A stretch of DNA of 63,743 nt from Candidatus Margulisbacteria bacterium GWF2_35_9 (lineage in GTDB: Bacteria; Margulisbacteria; Riflemargulisbacteria; GWF2-35-9), in assembly GCA_001783275.1 (NCBI GenBank), contig MFRH01000001.1, positions 1 through 63,743 on the forward strand, in the 5' to 3' direction. This document shows, one piece after another, positions 57,320 to 63,743 of this stretch (within the stretch, counting starts at the first letter, position 1; every line of letters begins with the position of its first letter). Below the pieces are notes generated by a model. That model worked only from the letters and a program-made list of their open reading frames with translations. It did not search any database and was not told the origin of the DNA. Position numbers and translations under genes: made by a program.

Positions 57320-58504
57320 ATGTTAGAAAATAAACAGGATCTAATAAAACTTACAAAACATGAATTATTAAGATTAGCAACTGATCTTGATGTTAAATAT
57401 CGAACACGAATGGCAAAACCGCAGCTCATTACTTCTATTTTAGAAATATTGAGAATCAAAAAGAAAGAAATGGACCCGGCAACAGAAAGACTGCTATCGG
57501 AACAAACAAGCATTTATTTACAGGATCAGGAAGAACAATCGACTAAAGAAGAAGTTGAGGCTAGTAAATATAAGCGTGTTCAACCCGTATTGGTGAGTGT
57601 TACCGATGAAAAAAAATTGACAGAAACTAATCAGGTGGAGGAGATTCACTATTCTCCAAGCCATGCTGCACATGTATTAGAAGATCATCATCAAATACAG
57701 GATCGCTATGGGGATAACAGTATTACCTTAATGGTAATTGATCCAACGCACATATATGGTTATTGGGATGTTACACATGATCGAAGACAGCATGTGCTAC
57801 ATCAAGCAAACGCTTCAGGTTCTGAGTATAAAACAATGGTGCGATTATATGATGTAACCGATATTACATTTAATGGCCAAAATGCTTGGTCTACGGATGA
57901 ATATGACGTGAATGAAGCACCAAACTGGTACTTCAATGTGGTTGGAAATAGGAGTTATTGTGCTGAAATCGGTTTGAAATTATGGGATAATCGATTCCTC
58001 GTTATCGCAAGGTCCAATATTATAACAACACCAAGAGAAACAGTGAGTGATTATTATGATGAAGAATGGATGATGATTGATTTTAATAAAAATCAGGATC
58101 TTTATAATGAAATGTATCGTCTATCAGGTGGTCATTATAAACGAAATATGAATTCAGCGTTTATTACTGAAATAATCCCTCGGGACATTAAAATAACAAT
58201 GCCGACCATGAACCTAAGTTCAGAGGCGCTTTCCTCTCATGTTCTTTCCTCTCAAACGAAGAAAAAAATTGAGCAGGATTTCTGGATGTGGGTTGATACC
58301 GAACTTATTGTATATGGTCAAGTGAAACCAGATGCTAAGTTACTTATGATCAATGGTGAAAAAACAAAAATTGATAAAGATGGTCGATTTAGAATTCACA
58401 TGGCCTTGCCTAATGGTGAGTTTCCTTTTAACGTAAAAGGCGTTTCCAAAGATGGAAGTATGTCTCGGGAAATAACACCAGAAGTAAAGAGAACCATTCG
58501 TTAA
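57320..58504 (+). CDS. DUF4912 domain protein with Rho-N-like N-terminus
   Basis: LTKHELLRLATDL...MAKPQLITSIL; DRYGDNSITLMVIDPTHIYGYWD; YCAEIG...IARSNIITTPR; VDTELIVYG. SD aaggag. Confidence 0.85.
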   Translation: MLENKQDLIKLTKHELLRLATDLDVKYRTRMAKPQLITSILEILRIKKKEMDPATERLLSEQTSIYLQDQEEQSTKEEVEASKYKRVQPVLVSVTDEKKLTETNQVEEIHYSPSHAAHVLEDHHQIQDRYGDNSITLMVIDPTHIYGYWDVTHDRRQHVLHQANASGSEYKTMVRLYDVTDITFNGQNAWSTDEYDVNEAPNWYFNVVGNRSYCAEIGLKLWDNRFLVIARSNIITTPRETVSDYYDEEWMMIDFNKNQDLYNEMYRLSGGHYKRNMNSAFITEIIPRDIKITMPTMNLSSEALSSHVLSSQTKKKIEQDFWMWVDTELIVYGQVKPDAKLLMINGEKTKIDKDGRFRIHMALPNGEFPFNVKGVSKDGSMSREITPEVKRTIR

Positions 58505-58541
58505 AAAATAGAAAAACGTTTTTAAGAAAGGAATATTAGTT

Positions 58542-60155
58542 ATGGAGAAAGGTTATTTAGCGCTTGTTTTACATGCACATTTGCCCTATGTAAGACACCC
58601 AGAATATGAAGATTTTTTAGAAGAAGACTGGTTTTATGAAGCAATAACGGAGACGTATATTCCCTTGCTGAATGTATTTGAAGGTCTTGTAAATGACGGA
58701 GTTGATTTTAGGCTAACAATGTCGATCACGCCACCTTTAGCGGCAATGTTTTCTGATGAATTATTACAAAATAGAGCAGTGAGGTATATTGATCGCTTAA
58801 TTGAACTCAGTGTTAAGGAAATAGATCGGACACGTCTTCAACCTGAATTCCACGAAACGGCTAAAATGTATCATGCGCATTTTATGAAGTGTCGTTATGT
58901 ATTAGTTGATAAATATCATAAGAACCTGATTAATGGGTTTAAGCGTTTTCAGGATATGGGGAAATTAGAGATCATCACCTGTACCGCTACCCATGGTTTT
59001 TTACCACTAATGGAAACAAGACGTGAGGCAGTTCATGCGCAAGTAGAACTCGCTTCTTCAGATTATTCCAGACATTTTGGTCGTCGACCAAGAGGCATAT
59101 GGTTAGCCGAATGCGGTTTTAATCCAGGAGATGATGCCGAGCTTAAACAAGCGGGTATCCAGTTTTTCTTTACCGATGCTCATGGTGTTCTTCATGGTAA
59201 TCCAAGACCAAAATATGGGGTATTCGCTCCTGTTTATACAAAAAATGGAGTTGCTGCATTTGGCAGAGATATTGAATCATCAAAGTCTGTATGGAGTGCT
59301 GAAGAAGGCTATCCGGGAGACTTTAGGTATCGTGATTTCTACCGAGACATCGGATTCGATTTAGACATGGATTATATTAAAGACTATATTCATCCGGATG
59401 GTATTAGAAAGCATACAGGGATTAAGTATTATCGAATCACAGGTAGAGAAACAGACGAAAAACAACCCTATAACCATCATGAAGCAAGAGAATTGGCAGC
59501 AGAGCATGCCGGCAATTTCTTGTTTAACAGAGTTAGGCAGGTTGAATATTTATATGATGTTATGGGAAATAAAAAACCGATTATTGTGTCACCCTACGAT
59601 GCAGAACTTTATGGGCATTGGTGGTTTGAGGGTCCTCAGTGGATTGATTTTTTAATTCGAAAGATCTATTACGATCAAGACACTATTAAAATGATCACTC
59701 CATATGAGTATTTATTAGAAAATCCAACTAATCAAGTCGTAACCCCCTCAATGTCGAGTTGGGGAAATAAAGGGTACAATGAAGTTTGGTTAGAGGGAAG
59801 TAATGACTGGATTTATCGTCATCTACATAAAATGGCCGAACGAATGACAGAAATGGCAAATAAGTTTCCAAACGCTCAAGGGACTCTTCAGCGAGCATTA
59901 AATCAGTCCGCAAGAGAATTATTGCTGGGTCAAAGTTCCGATTGGGCATTTATTATGAAAACGGGGACGATGGTTGAGTATGCTCTCAGGCGAACAAAAA
60001 GTCATATTAATAGATTTAACAGATTGTATGACATGATTATGGGAAATAGAATCGACGAAGATTACGTCAGGGAAATGGAATCGAAAGATAATATATTCCC
60101 AGGGGTGGATTATAAATTGTACATGAGTAAGCAAGTCGCTCAGGTAAAAACCTAA
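58542..60155 (+). CDS. GH57 1,4-alpha-glucan branching enzyme (DUF1957)
   Basis: LVLHAHLPYVRHP, ETYIPLL, GIWLAECG, PYDAELYGHWWFEGP, ELLLGQSSDWAFI. Confidence 0.93.
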   Translation: MEKGYLALVLHAHLPYVRHPEYEDFLEEDWFYEAITETYIPLLNVFEGLVNDGVDFRLTMSITPPLAAMFSDELLQNRAVRYIDRLIELSVKEIDRTRLQPEFHETAKMYHAHFMKCRYVLVDKYHKNLINGFKRFQDMGKLEIITCTATHGFLPLMETRREAVHAQVELASSDYSRHFGRRPRGIWLAECGFNPGDDAELKQAGIQFFFTDAHGVLHGNPRPKYGVFAPVYTKNGVAAFGRDIESSKSVWSAEEGYPGDFRYRDFYRDIGFDLDMDYIKDYIHPDGIRKHTGIKYYRITGRETDEKQPYNHHEARELAAEHAGNFLFNRVRQVEYLYDVMGNKKPIIVSPYDAELYGHWWFEGPQWIDFLIRKIYYDQDTIKMITPYEYLLENPTNQVVTPSMSSWGNKGYNEVWLEGSNDWIYRHLHKMAERMTEMANKFPNAQGTLQRALNQSARELLLGQSSDWAFIMKTGTMVEYALRRTKSHINRFNRLYDMIMGNRIDEDYVREMESKDNIFPGVDYKLYMSKQVAQVKT

Positions 60156-60172
60156 GAAGAGGGGTGAAGAGT

Positions 60173-61642
60173 ATGAAAATATTATTTCTATCATCAGAAG
60201 TTATTCCATTTGCAAAGACCGGTGGTTTGGCCGATGTTGCTGGAGCACTTCCAAAAGCACTTAGTAAAATTGGTCATGATGTTGTCGTCGTTATGCCCCG
60301 CTACAGACAGGTTAATAAAGAAAAGTATAATTTACAGTTAGCGTTAACTGATCTCGTTGTAGAAGTGGGAGATAAACAGATTAATGGCGCTGCATTCTCG
60401 TCTGTCATTCCGGATAGCAAGACTAAAGTATATTTTATTGAGAATAATGATCTCTACGACCGCGATGGTCTATATCAGGTTCCCGGAACGGATAAAGATT
60501 ATATCGATAATGATGAACGATTTATATATTTTTCCCGTGCTGCTTTAGACATGTGTAAGCGTTTGAATTGGAAACCAGATATTATTCATTGCAATGATTG
60601 GCAAACCGGATTAGTTCCAGTTTATATTAAGACGTTATATTCAATTGATCCATTTTATCAGGGGATAAAAACAATCTTAACCATCCATAACTTAGGATAT
60701 CAAGGGGTTTTTGAAGCGGAATCAATGAGCAAGACGGGCTTGGATGAGTCCTTATTCACTATGGATAAATTAGAGTTTTGGGGGAAGCTGAATTTCCTAA
60801 AAGCAGGTCTCGTGTATGCTGATTTTATTACTACAGTAAGCGAGCGATATAGTCAGGAAATACAGACCGAGGAATATGGAGCAGGACTTAATGGCCTTTT
60901 AAATGCCAGAAAGAGCTCCGTTTCTGGAATTATCAATGGTATCGACTATAATGTTTTCAGTCCGAGTAATGATCCCATTATTCACAAAAAATATAGTTTA
61001 AAAACAATCGTTAATAAGTTAGATAATAAAAAGTATTTATTAAAACAATGCGGTATGCGTCGCAAAGTTGGCGCACCTGTTTTAGGAATAATATCAAGAT
61101 TAGTAGACCAAAAAGGTTTTGATATTTTGGCAGAAATTATTGATAAACTTTTGCATCTAAATATTCAACTGATTGTTCTTGGTACAGGCGAACAGAAATA
61201 CCATAAATTGTTTTCCGAGTTGCAGTCTAAATATCCGACAAAAATGAGTTTGCAGCTAAAATACGATGCAAACTTGGCGCAATATATCTATGCTGGGTCG
61301 GATATGTTCATAATGCCGTCAAAGTATGAACCCTGTGGATTGGGACAGTTGATTAGTTTAAGATACGGAACGATTCCTGTCGTTAGAGAAACAGGTGGTT
61401 TAGCGGATACGATTGTTGATTTTGATTTAGCTAAAGACTTTGAGCAGGATAAAGGTAATGGATTTGTTTTTAGTAAGTATGATAGTCAGGAACTTTATAA
61501 GACATTACTTAGAGCGATTAATGTATATTCTGATGAAAAAGCATGGAAGAAGATTGTTTCCAATGCAATGAAATGTGATTTCTCTTGGAAGTCTTCAGCG
61601 CAGAAATACTCACAACTATACGGACATTTAGTCCATTCATAA
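60173..61642 (+). CDS. glgA: Glycogen synthase
   Basis: PFAKTGGLADV, IHCNDWQTG, TIHNLGYQG, SRLVDQKG, PSKYEPCGLGQL, TGGLADT. Confidence 0.96.
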   Translation: MKILFLSSEVIPFAKTGGLADVAGALPKALSKIGHDVVVVMPRYRQVNKEKYNLQLALTDLVVEVGDKQINGAAFSSVIPDSKTKVYFIENNDLYDRDGLYQVPGTDKDYIDNDERFIYFSRAALDMCKRLNWKPDIIHCNDWQTGLVPVYIKTLYSIDPFYQGIKTILTIHNLGYQGVFEAESMSKTGLDESLFTMDKLEFWGKLNFLKAGLVYADFITTVSERYSQEIQTEEYGAGLNGLLNARKSSVSGIINGIDYNVFSPSNDPIIHKKYSLKTIVNKLDNKKYLLKQCGMRRKVGAPVLGIISRLVDQKGFDILAEIIDKLLHLNIQLIVLGTGEQKYHKLFSELQSKYPTKMSLQLKYDANLAQYIYAGSDMFIMPSKYEPCGLGQLISLRYGTIPVVRETGGLADTIVDFDLAKDFEQDKGNGFVFSKYDSQELYKTLLRAINVYSDEKAWKKIVSNAMKCDFSWKSSAQKYSQLYGHLVHS

Positions 61643-61644
61643 AT

Positions 61645-61675
61645 AAAAAAAAGCGGGCTATGCCCGCTTTTTTTT
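61645..61675. terminator. Bidirectional intrinsic terminator after glgA
   Basis: a8-gcgggc-tat-gcccgc-t8. Confidence 0.9.
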
Positions 61676-61756
61676 AGTCTCCTTTATATTTTCTTTCAAA
61701 AATATTCTTTCATATTTTAACAGTGATAAAAATAATGTTGGAATTTTTTAAAAAAT

Positions 61757-61834
61757 GAAGGAACGTCCTGGGGGGGAACGTTCCTTCGTATCACGCTATC
61801 TAAACATTGGGGGGGGAAGAGGGGTGTTTAGATA
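61757..61834 (-). other. Twin 10-bp-stem hairpins with C-rich loops (minus strand), candidate structured 3' UTR or sRNA
   Basis: gaaggaacgt/acgttccttc (61757-61787) and tatctaaaca/tgtttagata (61797-61834); G7 and G8 loop runs on the plus strand. Confidence 0.6.
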
Positions 61835-62040
61835 ACGTAACTTTTTATATATGACTTGTGCCTCTTTGGCACAACGTCTTTGTTGTGAATCAAGTTCACC
61901 TTGTAAATCGACTTCTCCGACAATGCTTGGTCAAGGATTAAATCAACTTTATAAATAGTTTTAGTACTTTTTTTATTTTTAAAAAAGATATATCCGATAG
62001 TGGAAAGGGATATTAGAATTAGTGTTGTTATTACGATCAT
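61828..62040 (-). CDS. 70-aa small membrane protein with internal repeat
   Basis: Hydrophobic MIVITTLILISLSTIGYIFF then basic KNKK; TIYKVDLI/SIYKVNLI repeat; SD ggag in ttggagaaattaaatg. Confidence 0.6.
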   Translation of the reverse strand: MIVITTLILISLSTIGYIFFKNKKSTKTIYKVDLILDQALSEKSIYKVNLIHNKDVVPKRHKSYIKSYVI

Positions 62041-62237
62041 TTAATTTCTCCAATGTTGTGTTTCTTTAATAATATATCGAACAAAATTTTCTGTAATGCA
62101 TCGAAAGAATGTAATGTATAAGTTTTAGGAAACAATAATATGTTGTATAATAAATTATTAGGTGAGTGCTGAATCTTAGGTTTTTTGATAACAAAATGAT
62201 AAAAACACTCAATAATTGAATATAAAGGGGTTGAATC

Positions 62238-63002
62238 ATGTCTGGACATAGTAAATGGAGCACAATAAAGAGAAAAAAAGGTGCAAATGACGAGAAAAAA
62301 GGGAAAATATTTACTAAAGCTGCAAGAGAAGTCATTATGGCAGCCAGATTAGGTGGCGGTGACCCTGATATGAATTCACGCTTACGTTTTGCCATTCAAA
62401 AGGCGAAGGAAGTGAATATGCCCAATGATAATATTAAAAAAGCAATCCTGAGAGGGACAGGTAGTGGTGATTCAGGTCATATGGAGGAAGTTACCTATGA
62501 AGCTTATGCCCAGGCTGGCGTCGCAATGATTATAGAGTGTGTGACTGATAATAAAAATCGTACATTGCCTGAAATAAAAAATGTGATTACAAAAGCAGGA
62601 GGCAATATGGCAGAAAAAGGCTCTGTTGCTTATATGTTTAGTAAAAAAGGAGTTTTTGTATTTGATGGTGCGGCAGTATCGGAAGATAAAATTATGGATA
62701 TTGCAATCAATCATGATGTGGATGACATTAAGCAATTAGACGATGGATCAATTGAAGTTATTTGCGAATCGCTCACTTATGAATCACTTAAAAATGATTT
62801 TGATTCAAATAATATCGCGTACTTAAACTCTGAGTTATCGATGATCCCCTCCATGCAAATTCCAGTTACTGATGTTACGATCGCAAAAAAAATCCTTTCA
62901 ATGATTGATAAGCTGGAAGATAATGATGATGTGCAAAATGTGTATTCAAACAGTGATATATCTGACGAAACATATCAACAATTAGAGGATGAAAATAGCT
63001 AA
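62238..63002 (+). CDS. yebC: YebC/PmpR family protein
   Basis: MSGHSKWSTIKRKKGAND, GGGDPDMNSRL, TDNKNRT, DDVQNVYSN. Confidence 0.95.
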   Translation: MSGHSKWSTIKRKKGANDEKKGKIFTKAAREVIMAARLGGGDPDMNSRLRFAIQKAKEVNMPNDNIKKAILRGTGSGDSGHMEEVTYEAYAQAGVAMIIECVTDNKNRTLPEIKNVITKAGGNMAEKGSVAYMFSKKGVFVFDGAAVSEDKIMDIAINHDVDDIKQLDDGSIEVICESLTYESLKNDFDSNNIAYLNSELSMIPSMQIPVTDVTIAKKILSMIDKLEDNDDVQNVYSNSDISDETYQQLEDENS

Positions 63003-63273
63003 CATTATGGATGAAAATATAGAATTTGAGGAATCTCTATTTACGTCATTGGTCTATACATTTAATATGACAGCCATGCAACAATTGGGGAAAGTAGTGA
63101 ATCCAATCAACAACAAAAAAGAAATAGACTTAGAGCAAGCGATGCTGACAATAGATATGCTAAAAATGTTAGAAAGCAGAACAAAAGGAAACCTTTCTGA
63201 ACAAGAGTCTTCTTTTCTATCCCAAACCCTAGTGTTTCTTGATGAAGCTTATAACGAAATAATCAATAAGTAG
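62989..63273 (+). CDS. DUF1844 family protein
   Basis: AMQQLGKVVNP...DLEQAMLTIDMLKMLESRTKGNLSEQES. Confidence 0.85.
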   Translation: MKIANIMDENIEFEESLFTSLVYTFNMTAMQQLGKVVNPINNKKEIDLEQAMLTIDMLKMLESRTKGNLSEQESSFLSQTLVFLDEAYNEIINK

Positions 63274-63276
63274 ATT

Positions 63277-63743
63277 ATGGAAAAATACTTATATTATGGG
63301 GATGAAGAATACTTGCTAATGCAGGAACTTTCGAAACTTAAGAACTCATTTTTAGGTGGGCAGGATGGATTATCGATTGAAGAGTTTAAAGAAAAGTCCT
63401 CTGTGGAGAGCCTAATTGATGCCGCATTTTCCGTCAGCTTATTTTCGAGTAAAAAATTAATCATATTTAATGGAATTCCGGATGTTCGTGATGATTATTA
63501 CGAACATTTTAAACGTCTATTTGAGGATAATACAAGTGACAATTCTGTTTGTTTCGTGATTAGAAAAATGCCGGATAAGCGTAAAAAAATAGTAAAATAT
63601 CTTATGGATACTTGTCAGACAAAAGAATTTAAAAAATTTGATGTATGGCAAAGAGACAAAGTGATAGCAATCTCAAAAAGCATTGTGTCTGAACAAGGAT
63701 TTGAAATTGAGGATATCGCAATAAATGAACTCGTGGACATGGT
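63277..63743 (+). CDS. holA: DNA polymerase III delta subunit (partial, runs off right edge)
   Basis: My translation MEKYLYYGDEEYLL...SVSLFSSKKLII...PDKRKKIVK...IEDIAINELVDMV matches the HolA N-terminal pattern. Confidence 0.85.
   Translation, partial: MEKYLYYGDEEYLLMQELSKLKNSFLGGQDGLSIEEFKEKSSVESLIDAAFSVSLFSSKKLIIFNGIPDVRDDYYEHFKRLFEDNTSDNSVCFVIRKMPDKRKKIVKYLMDTCQTKEFKKFDVWQRDKVIAISKSIVSEQGFEIEDIAINELVDM

Noticed and set aside
61770-61824. G-quadruplex on the plus strand
   Set aside because: The G-runs sit in loops of strong Watson-Crick stems, so the hairpin reading explains the sequence better. Not fully excluded.

Overview
AT-rich bacterial chromosomal window (roughly one third G+C by eye) from a diderm organism. 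It has an LptA-like protein, ExbB/ExbD/TonB, scattered flagellar-type genes and a GH57/DUF4912/glgA glycogen cluster. This gene mix would fit a candidate phylum such as Margulisiibacteriota, but that is inference only. Housekeeping genes include trpS, an rluB-like gene, rpmB, tldD/pmbA, smpB, rlmD, queC, aspS, yebC and a partial holA. I saw no rRNA, tRNA or CRISPR array. The most unusual region is 28.6-51.7 kb. It holds a 4,705-aa protein with no signal peptide that embeds a near-complete SecA-like ATPase motor, an HExxH zincin-like domain and hydrophobic helices. Downstream are a frameshifted stand-alone paralog of that zincin domain and a tandem GGDEF-like protein with motifs out of order. 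Other notable items: a DUF559 nuclease cassette bounded by inverted palindromic ends with solo copies elsewhere, a flagellar rod homolog carrying a Sec-like signal peptide, a hydrolase-dead RelA/SpoT homolog, an unlisted ribbon-helix-helix gene, a hidden frameshifted GT9 gene, 11-bp phased repeats before the glycogen operon, and twin hairpins with C-rich loops behind a small membrane-protein gene. All family calls come from motifs read by eye; no searches were run.
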